In this document: positions 39,860 to 53,920 of the stretch, piece after piece | Numbering within the stretch: position 1 is the stretch's first letter | How the letters are laid out: the number at the start of each line of letters is the position of its first letter | DNA from: Octopus sinensis | Taxonomy: Eukaryota | Reading direction: 5' to 3' | Assembly: GCF_006345805.1 (NCBI RefSeq) | Contig: NC_043012.1 | Span: 20,584,001 to 20,648,000, forward strand | Length of the DNA stretch: 64,000 nucleotides | The notes under the pieces: generated by a model | What the model was told of the DNA's origin: nothing | The model's input: only the letters and a program-made list of their open reading frames with translations | Databases searched by the model: none | Made by a program: the position numbers and the translations under genes

Positions 39860-42000
39860 TGGGAGTATTTCTAATTTTCTATTTATTAAATCGAACATTT
39901 CTAAAAGAGGAATCTTTCATTTGCTGTCTCTGCACACTCACACGTTTGGTTAGTTTTATTCCCTTTTCTCATTCTTCTTTCATTATGGGTACGTGATGTA
40001 GGAGATGAGACGTTTTGCTTTGAGTTTCTTGTTTACATTCATCTTTAATTCCTTCTCTTTCTTGAATCTTTTTGTTTGTTCCTTATTTAATATTTTCCCA
40101 CGTCACACAACGAGTTACTGCCACAGTTTATTGCATTATTTGATTCTGCGATGTCAATCTCACCTTTCTTAACAATTATTTGTCAGAGATTCTGTGATTG
40201 ATGTAGAATTTGGAGGTATCGTTTGGCCGAATTTAGGGTGTTTTTTTCCGAAAGATTATGAGTGAATAGAAAGACAATATTTATATTGTGGTTTTGTTTT
40301 CACCACTGTGAGTAATTGTTTGTAGGGCATATATTGGCAATTCTTTTGCGTCGGTTACGATTAGATTTCATATGTTTTGCGGTTTATTTTTGTTTTTGTA
40401 AGTACATATATACTTCTACTAGTTTGTAATTATGGTGCATATATGCCTTGCCACATTTAAGAGTGTCCTTTTTTGTGTGTGGGAATGGGGACAATATGTA
40501 AAATCTAAATATTGATGTGTGCCTGCGTCTTTGGAGTAAAGATCGGTTGTAATTGTTTCCTTTTCATTAAGTATTAGAATATCCAGAAAATAAAATCCCC
40601 TTTCATCCATTTCATAGTAAACTGGATTAAATGCCATTGAAACGGTGGATCAAAAGTAATTTCTGATAGGGCATAGATTTTCCTTCCCGGAAAAAAACCT
40701 TCTTATGTCGCCAGCGACGGTGCGACTTATGTTACCATTGCTGTACCTTGCATTCTTCAAAGAAGAAATAGTTGTTTCCAGTACCAGACATAATCCTTCA
40801 AATATAAACTCTTTTGCAAATCTCTTTTGGATTCTTTGTGTATATCCAGAATTATATTGCTTCTAATCCTAATCCATGGACGATATTTGTATAGAGACTG
40901 GTTACGTCAAAACTAACACTGATCATCTCGGCTCTCTACATACTCTCTCTGGAACATGGTTTAAATGGTTCATGTCATCCCTAGTGAATATAGAGACCAA
41001 TTTTCACAAATTTACAACGTAATTGTTAAACGATGGTTCTGCAATGCAACAATTGAATATAATTTTAGATCAGATATTTTGCTAATTACTTTCACATATG
41101 GATTTCTAAATTTTTTAAAGCCTATAAAAGTTACTTGCTTCGATTACCTTAAAAGTAGTGTGGTAATCCATTCCATCTTCGTTATGCCACTTTAAATTTG
41201 TCTATAAATTTATCAATTTTATTCATTGTTTATCTGCATGAGTTTGTAATTTTTAGTTGTTTAGTTGTTCTACGAAACCTCCGTTGTGGGATTTGTCAAT
41301 TATTAAACTGGTTCCTCATTTGTCTGCTTCTTTCATGACTATACAAGCGTGTTTGTGTACGTAAGTTTTCTTTCAATCGCTTTCTAGGAATATTTCACTT
41401 TCTTGATTATTTCATAGACGTTATATATTCCTCAAAGTGCTTATTCATGTTGATTGGAAGCTTAGATTGCTGTTTTGTTTAACATAATGACTGATCATCA
41501 TCATCGCTCTTTTGAAAAACTTCCCGTGGGCGAATTTTTAACAAACATCTTCAATATGATTCATAAGATCTGTTGTGTCAGATTTGAGAGCGGAATATAA
41601 ACGTAAATCTAGATTCCAGGAGTTTTATATCATTTTCCATAAGGTTTCGTTATAACAGGATGGAATTATCACGTTTGGCTCTGTTGGTTCAAAACTTCGT
41701 TGAGATTTTATATCATTATAGACTTCTGTCGTTCTTGTTTGGTGATCTTGTTCCTTAAAAGAGTTTTCATGTTCTGTGAACCATTGGTACTTTGTCGTTC
41801 ATTTATACTATTTAGGTGAAAGGAAGTTGTCCAGTCGCTCTTGTACCATCTACCTTCACTATTAGTGTGTTCTTACGCATACCATGTTTAGAAGATTTTA
41901 TTTGGTCTGTTCTTCCATTGTTATTTTAACTCGGTATTTCGGCTTTCGATAGCATGCTTTCTCTGGTTTGGAATTCTATTTTAGTTTTTTTTAAACTTTT
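39860..42000 (-). mobile_element. Decayed Penelope-like element (RT followed by GIY-YIG remnant)
   Basis: Minus strand, in order: MKEADK, SFDVTSLYTNIVHGLG, FLDILI...ITTDLYSK...THQYLDF...VARHICTII, LISYIT...KRVSVQRQQMKD. Confidence 0.8.
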
Positions 42001-43135
42001 TTCCTATTTAGAATGTCAATATTTAAATTTCGTGACTGTAACAAGGATTTAAAAAAATATATATATATAAGAGCGTGTGCTTGTGACTCTGTGTGTGTAT
42101 GTGTGTGTTTGTGTGTGTATGTATGTGTATGTACGTATGTGTGTGTATCCATACATTCTTCCTATAAGTGTGACGATCGATGATTAAATCTAAAAACTGA
42201 AACAAAAGTGTTTCGCGGAACAGAACTTTACGTTACGGCATAAATATATTCGGCTCTCTTCTTCACTCTGTACCCATCTGTCTATCTGAACATCCATCTA
42301 TCTATCTATACACTAACAGCGATAAATATATGTGTATAAATATATGCGTATATATATACATACAAAACATGTGTGTGTTTGTGTATGCATATGTGTGTAG
42401 ACATATATATGCATATATCTATATATATTTATATATACATATATGCATATAAATAAATATATACACACGTATGTACACAGATAGATAAACATATATACGT
42501 GATGTGTGTGTGTGTGTTTGTGTGTATTATCTTACATGAATGCGAGTAACCCGATAGCGAATGTTCTAAACCTTTTTCGTTTATTATTAAAGATCTAAAG
42601 TTTATTCATAACATATTTTCGCAACTAATAATTCCTAACTAAATTCTATAATTTTGCATTTCGTTTTCATTTTATTTTTATCCTTTTCATCACAGAATAA
42701 ATGTTTATTTTTATTGCATAAAGTGTGACAGCCGTTGTGAACGTATCTAGTTGGTTTCAAAGTACATAGAACTAAATGAAATTGAATCAAGTTACTTTGA
42801 TTTTTAATATTCAGAGCTGTTCCTAATATGATTTATTTGTATATTTTTGTGGCAATAAATCACTGTTTATACCCGTGACATCTTTAATTATGTTGGTAGT
42901 ATTTTTCGTTAATCAATATATTAAATCTTCTGATTTATATAAGAATTAATTTCTGCGATGATGTGTGTATTCCGCTCTTTCTTTTCGAATGACAGTGATC
43001 CATTGCGTTTTTCACTCCTTTCTGTTCCCGCTTTATTAAATAGTTAAAATATTAATTTTTCTTTCGTTAGCACGATTAAAAAATTGAAGTAAGTGTGTGA
43101 AGCAGAGTAACGATCTTAGGAATGCGATTCATACA

Positions 43136-43319
43136 GGTGCGGGCGTGGCTATGTGGTAAGAAGCTTGCTTCCCAACCACATGGTTCCTGGCTCAATCCCA
43201 CTGTGTGGCAACTTGGGCAAGTGCCTTCTACTATATCCTTGGGCCAACCAAAGACTTGTGAGTGGATTTGGTAGGTGAAACTGAAAGAAGCCATTCGTAT
43301 ATATGTATATGTATATATA

Positions 43320-43361
<42 letters not shown>

Positions 43362-43632
43362 GATAGATAGATAGATAGATAGATATATAGATAATATATA
43401 TATATATATATATATGTACGTACGTATGTATTTGTGTGCGTATGTTTGTCCCCCACCATCGCTTGACAACCGATATTGATGTGTTTACGGCCCCGTAGCT
43501 TAGTGGTTCGGCAAAGGACCGATAGAATAAGTGCTAGGCTTACAAATAATAAGTCCTGGGGTCGATTTGTTGGATTTAAGGCGGTGTTACAGCATGGCCG
43601 CAGTCAAATGACTGAAACTAATTAAAGAATAA
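43136..43632 (+). mobile_element. SINE family A, full length; decayed minus-strand piece at about 43690-43875
   Basis: Colinear with 15980-16468; the internal microsatellite includes (GATA)n. Confidence 0.9.
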
Positions 43633-44009
43633 AAAAATACAAAATAAAAATTAGTGACCATTTTTCACTTTTATGTTTCATCCTAATTTGTTTCCATCAT
43701 CGGCTGCGGCCATATTGAGACATCGCCTTGATGGAGATGAATCGACCAAATCCAACCGACTACCTATACATCTTTTCCTTAAGTCAGGTGCTATTTCTGT
43801 CGATATTTTTGGCTAAATCGCTAAGCTACGAGGACGTGAACTAATCAACACTGGTTGTCAAGCGATGCAGGGGATCAAACAGGAAGACGTAGATACACAT
43901 ACACGAACATACATACTCACACACTCATTCATAAATATACATAAATACATGTGTGTGTCTGCTGTGTGTGTGATGTGTGTGCGTTGTTTGTGTGTGTTGT
44001 TTGTGTGTT

Positions 44010-44351
44010 AGTACCACATTTAGTCACAATACATTGGTAGGCTCTCTTTATATTAGCGATCTTTATTCTGCCTCACAAGGACTCTCCTCTCTATGTGAAA
44101 TACATCATTAATTGGTTTTGAACCATACGTCGTCAGTAGTACCATGTTGTGGTGTGAGTAGCTTGACGGTGTTACCTTCACGTTGCGGGTAAAACCTGCA
44201 TTGTTGGTGAAACAGAGATCTAATATGTTATCTTTCCTTGTTGGGGAGAGTATTGTTTACCCCATGAAAAACATTTTTGTGAGGTCAAGTAGAGATACTG
44301 CTTGGTTACGCTCTTTGGATGTCAATCCTGAGACAATATCGCAATGTCAAA
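44010..44351 (-). mobile_element. AP-endonuclease C-terminal fragment of a CR1/L2-group LINE
   Basis: Minus strand ERNQAVSLLDLTKMFFMG*TILSPTRKDNILDLCFTN...YSHHNMV matches the PTR..NILDL / SDH motifs. Confidence 0.7.
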
Positions 44352-46345
44352 AGGAGTTCCCAATACAATTCCACATTAATGTCGTTGTAAAATATATCGA
44401 ACATGAAATATTTGTTCTGGAGGATAAATTTCAGTGTTGTGATTACGAAGTTTTGGTAGATGCATCCTGGCATCTCTTCTGGGTATTTTCTAGTCAGAAA
44501 ATGTTTATTTTTATACCATAATCGTGTGAGATATTGGTGTAGAAGTTCACCACATTAAACGATACTAATATGTTTCTTACATTTATTGTTTTCTGGAGGT
44601 GGTTAAGCATGTCTAAATCATCCCCGATCAGGCTTTTAACATATTCTAAAACTGGTCTGAGTAAGATGACGAGGAAATTGCTCGGTAGGTTTCACAAGCA
44701 GGGCCGACAATGATGGGTCTGAGTTTGAGGTCAGTAGGGGGAGAAACATTAATGCATAGGCTTGATGAATCCTTGGAAGCTTTACTAATATGTGGACTTT
44801 TGTGTATTTTGGGTAAGCCGTGGAAGAAACTTGGATTGTATTTAAAGCTGGATAAATAATCAAGTTCTCTTTTAGTGAGGCCCTTTCCATGTATTTGAAT
44901 TACGGAGGATAAGTTTTTAAGTGTCTTCTGTGAGATAGAGTACTCTGTCTTCTCATAATAAGTATTATTTTCCAGAATGGAAAGTATTAAATTTTTATAG
45001 TACTCTGTGTCCATCGCTACTACCGCACTTCCTTTATCGGCTTCTTTAATGGTTAGGTTTATATCGTTTTTTTACTCGATTAGATTTTTTCTATTCGTTT
45101 GTGATGAGGTTGATTTAATTCTTTGTTTTTGTAGTGCATTAAATGGAAAATCGGTAATGTGTTCACAAAAGTCATCAAGTGCTTTATTTCTGCCTTTAAT
45201 TGAAAATTATGCGCTTTTGTTTTTCACTATTGAGTCATCTTCGCTATTGTAGTTATGAAGTGCTTCTATGAGACGCAATCTTTGGCAAAAATCTACAGTG
45301 TTATCCTTGACTTCATTCGGGTTCGATCTGCGAGGGGATTGGTGTAAACGACAAACCTCTTACTATAATTTTAGTTTTTGTAATACTTAGCATTTTCTTT
45401 GATAGGTTGATTATTTCTGGTTGTTCCTGTATGTGTTCCACTTTACATCTCTGTTTCTCTCGTTTAGGTTTAAAAATTGTTGTAGAGGATGGATTGTTGT
45501 GAGACGTCTGTATTGTATTTGGTTTGGTGTGGAGACTTGGTTGCAAAGTGCGTCTGTGGTAGTATGCTTGTTGTGGGGTAACTGTGTAGTGGACTTGATT
45601 ATGTTTATTCTGAGGGTGGTTATACTGTCTAGAGTTGATGAGGTTTGGGTTAAATTTATCGTTAATATTGTAATGGGGATAGAGGTAACATTTATATTAT
45701 CTAGTTGACTGCTTAAAGTAAACATGGTGAAAGTTAAGTGTCGAAGGCAAGTTTTTCCATGGCTCTTAGATGATGGCGGTAAATCGATAAGTAATGGTTC
45801 TTGAAAGCTTTGGTTAGCTTGGAGTGTTCGACGGAGCATTTGATTTGTGTACAGGGGACCTTGAAAATTTCGGCTGGATTTTCTATTTCGAGTGGATTTC
45901 CTATAAGTCGTGTGAAAGCTGTTTGCCAGCAACAGTGGGGTAGGGCCGGTGGAACTGTGTCCCCTAGTCTGTCTGTAGTTTCAGTCAGAAAAATGTAAGG
46001 TGAGTTCTGTGTGAGTTTTCGGTTTCTTTTTCTTCGGGAAATTTATCCGACATGTTTTCTGTGTTGAACTGTGTTTCATAGTTTTGATAAAAATTAGCTT
46101 TTTTCCCCAGCGTTGTAGAGAATTGGTCTTTTCAACTTCACATGTTGTTCTCCATAGTTTGAAAACACTATCCAAGTGTTGTCCATCAGAATGATTACTT
46201 AATTCGGTATATATTTCCTCATCAATGTTTTAAAATATTTCTTCATTGTTTAAAGATCTGAGTTTGAGGAGTTCGATTTCTGTCTTACTTTTTCCCAACG
46301 CTAATTTCTCCCTGCATTGTCTTTGTTGATCCTGTTCGTTTAGTA
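44352..46345 (-). mobile_element. Penelope-like element, N-terminal region and first half of RT
   Basis: IINLSKK...RGLSFTP, KEADKGSAVVAMD, FHGLPKIHK, LRPIIVGP, LVSFNVVNFYTNI, FILQNKYF, CGIVLGT; broken by stops and frameshifts. Confidence 0.88.
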
Positions 46346-46990
46346 TTGGAGGGTAGAGAGTTTCACTTTAAACAAGGGGAAAGTTTTAAAATAAAGTCAA
46401 ATTTTAGTTGTGCCTCTGAAAACTTAATCAATGTTATTACGTGCTTAGGCTGCGGAAACCACTATATAGGACAAGCACGAATGTCCCACAGACGAAGAAC
46501 ACCTAATTACAAAGGCCAAATCTGTTTCCCTAAGTATAGAGTGTTACAGGTCAGTGAACATATAGATAGCTGTGCTAGGAACCTTAAACCAAACTTCCTA
46601 ATTTTCCCTTTGTATCAATATTCCCAAAACACCTCAATGCAGCAAAGATTAAATAAAGAGGCAACTTTCATTAATAAATATCAACCACAACATAACATGA
46701 ACACACAACTTAATACAGGGCACTACTAACCTTACTAATACAATTAAACCACTAATCCTTATACATCCCATATACTATTCATATTCTACTAATCATTTCT
46801 AACTTAATTGCACCGCTTTCAGAACTGATTACTTTCCTTGCATGCTATATTTCACTAAGGTACTATTATACCGAACACCGTTTAGAAATCGGTGTTGATT
46901 CAACGTCAGTGAACAGCTATGAGGGAACCGGTATGACTTTCTATATTGATTCTTAATAATGAATTTTATACTTCTTTATTCCATCTCAAA
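46346..46990 (+). mobile_element. PLE GIY-YIG endonuclease segment (ORF 46346-46729) and 3' end, inverted relative to the adjacent RT part
   Basis: FSCASENLINVITCLGCGNHYIGQ..R...VSEHIDSC...RLNKEATFINKYQPQHN; ends at (TA)n. Confidence 0.85.
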
Positions 46991-46999
46991 TCAATCATT

Positions 47000-47047
<48 letters not shown>

Positions 47048-47874
47048 TATCACTGTTTTTATTTTTAAAATCCATTACTTCTATATCTACTGGCCATTTT
47101 CATTGTTTTTTTTTAATTCTCTCATACATACATCATACATATGAGAGAGATGGAAATTTAGACAAACATGTATTGAGATAGACAGATACCTACACCCAGC
47201 TGCAAGGTGTGTGAATCGCAAGTCGTTGTATGCATCACACTAGCATCACATGAAGCCCTGAAAAATCATGCAAGAGCACATGAATTATGCAAAATCTATT
47301 TTCAAAAATATTCCTAAATTTCACGCGATTTTTTCTCTTAACATCTCAGCAAGATTTTGGAAAATTGTGTTAGTGTGGCAATATTTTCTATTGTATTTTC
47401 TTTTGCTTCGAATTCTTATAATTAGTGGGTATATTAAACAGTTTTCTATGCTGTGCAAAATGAAAATAAAGTATCATACATTCTCTCCTATCTAAGCAAA
47501 TATGTTTGAATCGAAAAAAATAATCTAGATACGTTATTTTCTTCCTCAATAACTACTCAAGAAACAAATTTATCCTTAGTCACCGAATATATTCTGCATA
47601 ATTATATAATTTTATATAGGAACCAACATGTATGTTTCTATATTTTTGTACAAATATTTATCAATAATATTAAAATGTTTCTATAAAAATGTTTGCATAT
47701 TTTATGAATCAATCACACATTTTATATTTGTTTATGTTTTAATTTATCAATATATTCATTTCAATAAAAATCTCTTTCTCTCACTCTATAAATATATATA
47801 TTTATATATTTATACATATATATATACACATATATAAACGTATATGTACATAAAGATACATATATTTCTGTATA

Positions 47875-47928
<54 letters not shown>

Positions 47929-49506
47929 AGTGTGTGTGAGTATGTGTGTGTGTGTGAGTGTCTATGTATGCATGTATATAAGTAAATATTTCTTTGGTTC
48001 AACAACTTGCATTATAGTCTAGATGGAGTTGAACTAACATTAATCAATGTCTTTCTTCTGAGTAGCAGGAAATATATCTTAATCTTTCTTTCGCTGTTCT
48101 CTAATTTTTTAAATTTTATTTTAATGCTCCATTGAAGGCAACAACTTTATGTAATTAACTCTATTTATCTATATTTCAAAGTTGTCAATGACAACTTCAC
48201 TGCTTATTTTAAAGCATTTATAAATATAATAATTGTCGTTTGAATTTTGAAAACATATAATGATATTTTGTGACCTTTTAAAAATCCTATATTTCGAAAA
48301 AGAAAAACAAAATCAACAAATTTTCTTTCATATCCTCTTAGATTAAAATTCTACAATTGAATCACCTACTGAGATCTATTATTCGACGTTTCTATGCAAA
48401 TGACTGGGTCACACAATCTAAGGCAGCATATAAGCGAGGGCATAATGAAAGATATCCAATCAAATTAACCTTTACATTCGAAAACTAATAACCTGCGTTG
48501 CTTTTCTTTTGAGTTACATTCTTCTAATCAAAGGTTATTTGAAAAACACATCTCTCAGAAAATTAAATTTGACATTTGGCAAATGAAACAAAAGACTCAA
48601 ATATAATAAGTGTGTTTATTCGTGTAAAAAAGAAGAACACGAGGTGTCATTATGTGTATGCTGGAAAATTGCTTTCACTCTCTCAATATATATAGTTAGG
48701 AATGATATCACGATTTTTTATTGTTCTAAATTTAAATATAACATCACATTCTTGTTTTATAAACCTGTTAGACTATTTCCGATATTTTTTCCATAGAATG
48801 TATGAAAGCATATTACTTAAAAATTCCTTTCTCATGCTCACGGATATACAAAAACCATCTTTGATATATTTGCAGCAACATCTTCATTTGCAGAATACAT
48901 GGTGTTCATATTGTATGCTTAACTTATCGAAAATATGTAGGGCAAATTTATAAGTGCAAAAACAAGTGAGGCTGGACCATTGTTTTAAATCCCCTATATA
49001 ATTTTGAGTTTTTCATTTCAAATTACACCAGATTTCTCCTTTGGTTGGTTTTTGACAGAATATATCAAAGTTAAATTATGTGCCGTTGAATAAGATCAAA
49101 ATATCGTTGACCCAGAGAGTATTATAGTGTTCTTTAAATAAACTAAATAACATGAATTGCGTTCTCTTTTTTTTTAGTTAGTTTATTTTACTAAATCCGT
49201 ATTTCACGCAACGACACACACAGTTGAAATTTATCTGTATGTACGTGTATGGGTGAGTGTGTGCATGTGTGACGGCTTGCATGTATATGTTTTGTGCATG
49301 TATGTATATAAATGTGTGTGTGTGAGGGTGATGTGTATATGTATGTATGCATGTATGTGTGTATGTGTGTGTGAATGCATATATACGTAAAGGATTATAC
49401 GCATACACATACGTATGCAATCGTATTTAGGTACAAACTTACATGCAAACGCACTAGTCCACATATACATACATACATACACTCACAGACACACACTCAC
49501 ACACAT

Positions 49507-49554
<48 letters not shown>

Positions 49555-49880
49555 CGTATAGCGCAAAACGGTGGTGCATCTCCATGGCCAGTGCTCTGAG
49601 CTGAAACTAAAATATATATATATATATATATTATAGGAATATATATAAGGATATTATTTTTGACAATGATAACAAGTGGCATAGAATTCGTACAAAATAC
49701 CATAAGGTAAAAGGATGAGAACTAAGTGGCATTTTCACAAAGTTTGAAATCAGGACGATACGAACTTGCCAGGCTTTTCAGTTTACTATTAGTACGGGGG
49801 CTTAGAATTTCTGCTCATTCCGCCGATTTCAATTAATATGTTGCAGCGAAAATTATTAAACATTAACGAATATATATATA

Positions 49881-49956
<76 letters not shown>

Positions 49957-49959
<3 letters not shown>

Positions 49960-52900
49960 TTACTCCAAGGTCTCTGGTGTTGTTGTATGACACTCGGTAG
50001 TCACCTGAGAGAAGAGCATATGATAATTTCAGAGTATCCTCTTTTCCAAGGTGGATCAAACCAAACTTGTCTGCATTTAGAAGCATATTGTTATTTTCCG
50101 CCTATTGGACAGCATAAAATAGATCTGACTGAATGCATGATCGGCCTCCCGTGCCGTTTCTGGTTTTCTGGAATTTGAAATCATTTGCAAAAATTTAACA
50201 ATGTAGAATGTCCGATGACGTTTGCTATGTCATTGATGTAGATAATGGAGACGAGTGGGCCCAACACAGTACTTTGTGAGACACCCCTACTGACTTTAGC
50301 TGAGCTGGATCGTATTCCCTCAAACACAACATGTTGGGTTCTGTTTCTCAGGAAATATTTTATCCACTGCAGCACCTTTCCACGGACTCCAATGATGGAT
50401 AGTTTCTTCAGCAAGATTTTGTGGTCTATTCTGTCAAATGCCTTGCTGTCATCAAAATAGTGCAGGAGTTGCGACATGCAATCCCTACCATCACACAATC
50501 ATGCTGGTTGAGGTTCAGCAGATGGTTGTCTTCGAGGATCTCACTCCCCTCATAAATACGTTAATGATATGAGAGGTGAGTGGAATCGGACGGTAGTTCA
50601 CTGCAAGAGATTTGTTTCCCTTTTTGAAGACTGGAACGACAGACTGAGAAAGAAAATGACCAGGAATGTAGACTGCATCAAGTGAGTTACCCAGAGCTCA
50701 GCTAGAGGGGGTGCACATCTTCAGGATAGTGGGCGGGAACTGATCAGGATTTCCTACTAAGTTGTGCTCGATCTTGTATATTTCTGTTAGAATATCAGGA
50801 GCACCAAAAGGTATGACAGACATGGTTAGTTGAAGGTTCCATCACTGATACTAGCCAGAGCAATGTCTCTCTGCAGCATCTCGCACATGGATTTAGCATC
50901 ATAAGGTATAGTGTTGTTCTCATCAACCAGAGGGCCAACAGTGGAAACAGCGTCTTTATGTTATTTTTTTGTTTTGCTTTTGCAAATGAAAAGAACACTT
51001 GGGATTGAGTTTTATCTTCTCAATGGCCCAACCCTCCTCAGCTGCTCTTTGTTTCATGTTGATGGTCATCATGCTGCTTTGGCGGTTATGTTCTTTCGAT
51101 TCGAGTGATCCAATGATAGTCGAATGGGTATGTTGTTGCAGGCAGTATTAAAGTTGGGTGATTTTCTTATTAATTCTTTTTATTTTTCTGATAATTGCTC
51201 TTCTATTTCAAGGGGTTCTGCACTTAGATTTGTATACTGATCTTAAATGGAGTATCTATTGCGCATGTATTTCTTACAGTATCTACAAATGTCAGCCATG
51301 ATGTGTTTATGTTGGTGGGGATGTATGCGTGAGTGAAGGCCCAGTCAACTTGTGAAAGATCATGATTATTCGCATCCCAGTCTGCGTTATGAAGAGCCAT
51401 TGTGTCAAATGGATGACTGGAGAAATGACACTGGATTTGATCTTTGGGTAGGAGAATCTCATATCGCAGAGAACAATGTCATCGTGTGAGAGTCGTAGTG
51501 TTTTTGTTCCACTGCAGTATTGAGGATAGTGTCAGTGTGGTTACTGAACACTAGGTCCAAGGTATTTTTGTGACCCCTTGTTGGTTTGAGAACAAGTTGG
51601 GTCAGGAAAAACTCATCTATGAAATCGAAAAGCAATTCGATTGCTCTCTCATCAGGGATTGAAGTTGGAAAACCCTGGTTTCAAGCTGTTTGTGGACCAA
51701 TCAACACTGAGAAGTTTGAAGTCCTCCATCATTAATATGTTGTCAGTGTGACACTGATGGATGAAACACTTAATGCTATTAAGGCATTCTTTGAAACTTA
51801 GTAAAGGATTTATGGGTGGTGTATAGAGCCCAACTACTACTGCATTGTTGGTTTTACTATACTTCACAGAAGCCATTGGTAGATATGTCCATTGTTTCGG
51901 CTGAGAAAGAATCGTGCACGAATATAGAGGTCCCACGATTTGCACGGATGGCTTTAAAATTCTTCACCCTCATCTCAGCTTCCAAGTGGAGGACGAAAAA
52001 GGGGATATGGTGTGGATGGTCATTAACCCAGTCCTCAAAAAATTGGATCTTCCAATTTTGGGCATTGGTGGAAGGGCTGATTCCTTGTGCATTGAGCAAA
52101 AATTTTGAGGTGATAGTGGTGACTGCTTTTGACTGTTTTGGAAATGTACTTGTTAATCGCAGTAATGGGAGTTTGTGCAATAGGGTAGTGATTGTGGGGT
52201 GGCATCGTGTGACGGCTAAAATGCTCTTTTATAGCTCTTTTGCCAGATTCATTATGGCTAAAAAAGAATTCTGTTTGGAGAACCAAAAATGTTTGTGGTT
52301 GTGGGTGTTGTATTTTATATATTTATTTGTGCGACGAGTTCCCGGGAGATGGGTAAATGGACAATTATGTTGTAGACATAATCCATTACGCTGGAATAGC
52401 TGCAGATTTTAGGGTTATGTGTAACATGAGTGTTTGCTTTTAAATTTGATTTAGTATTTGGTGGGGGCGGTGGCGTTGTTTTAGATTATGCACTAGTGGG
52501 GGTAGCGGCTGTTGTGAGTAGGGGTTGAGCGTCTAATCCCTGGTAAATGAGTGAATTTGCAATCAGTGTCAGTGCACAGCCTCTTTCGTAGTGAATAGCG
52601 GTATATTTTGGAGTTTCGTTTGTAGGCTGTGAGAGGCATAGATTTTAATTTGTGTACATTTATTTTTGGCAAATTCAGTAAGGGGTCTTCAAGTAAGCAT
52701 TTAGTTGGCTGATCACAAATTGGGATGGTACTAAGCTGAAGCTGTATCTGTTGCTGTTTTTCGGGTGGTTGTTGTAGATGTATATTTGTTGATGTTGTGA
52801 TTTTTGTTGCTGTAATTGTTAATCCTGTTGAAATTTTGATGGCTGAGTAACAGACTCTGGTTGAATGGGCTATGAACTGCTGGAATCTGAGAAGTTGACC

Positions 52901-53020
52901 GTTTCATTAAGTAGGTCACCAATTGCGGTTGAATTAAGACGTGTAAAACGTTGAGGCTGGGTCAGTTGTCCCTACTGTGATTGTTGTAGTTGTTGCTGTG
53001 GTGGCTGTTCTTCAGGATAA
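49957..53020 (-). mobile_element. CR1/L2-group LINE remnant (ORF1-like Cys/His region, AP endonuclease, RT), 3' end lost
   Basis: LLNAQGI, VVVGLYTPP, LMMEDFK...DW, LKPTRGHKNTLDLVFSN, PVFKKGNK...NYRPIPLTS, DDSKAFDRIDHKILLKKL, GVSQSTVLGPL..IIYIND, RDLGVI. Confidence 0.85.
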
Positions 53021-53146
53021 AATTATTTAAGCATTTTCTACTTTGTACTATTTTCCTCATACATATCTAGACGTGTGTTATTTTTCATCCATCTACACAC
53101 ACACACATACACACACCACCACATACACACACACACACACACACAC

Positions 53147-53196
<50 letters not shown>

Positions 53197-53480
53197 CATA
53201 TACAGTCATGTATATATTCGCATATGACGGGCTTCCATAGATAACCATCATCTAAATTTCACTTTGATAACTATGGTAAAATAGAAGCACAGGCTCATAT
53301 CCGAAACCACGTGGGTTGGAAGCTAATCTCTTAAGCACATCCATACCCGCTTCTCTTAGATAACTATGTAGCTGATAGTCCACTCATATCACAATGCAAA
53401 CTCTTTCTAAGGAATCAAAACTAATTGGATATAAGAACATCACGTACCTGCACACCAGTGCAAACACATGTAAATGCATA

Positions 53481-53659
53481 CACAGAGACACACATGCATC
53501 CACACAGACACACATACATACACACAGACACATGCATACACACATACAGACATGCATACACACATACACACATGCATACACACAGACACACATGCATACA
53601 CACAGACACACACGCATACGCACAGACACACATGCATACGCACAGACACACATGCTTAC
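53481..53659. repeat. About 20-bp minisatellite (CACACAGACACACATGCATA), about 9 units
   Basis: Regular higher-order periodicity visible within a CA-rich tract. Confidence 0.8.
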
Positions 53660-53700
53660 ATCTCTGGAGAATTGAAACCAACTAAGGAGCTTCAATGTTG

Positions 53701-53920
53701 CCGTTCGAAATTTAGGACGAATGTTACAGTAATTTAAGCCTAGGAGACATCGTCTCCAGCTGGCTGTACGACACGAACTGTGCCCTTATATTTTGAAGAA
53801 GGGAATCTATCACCCCCACTCAGAACAATATCTGAGTATCACGATTTCGGTTGATTTCCCTTCATCAGCACTGAATAATTGTTCGGCTAGAGGTGGCGCT
53901 GCCAAACTCCCGTTCGAAAT
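53701..53920 (-). mobile_element. About 209-bp non-coding unit with hammerhead motif, bounded by an 11-bp direct repeat (retrozyme-like)
   Basis: CCGTTCGAAAT at 53701-53711 and 53910-53920. Minus strand GAACAAT..cagtg-CTGATGA-aGGgaaatcaaCC-GAAA-TCgtGA-TA-ctcag..ATTGTTC at 53823-53884. Confidence 0.6.

Noticed and set aside
46845-46930. Expected hammerhead downstream of the GIY-YIG ORF
   Set aside because: A hairpin and GAACAGCTATG are suggestive, but both core strands are too degraded to call.
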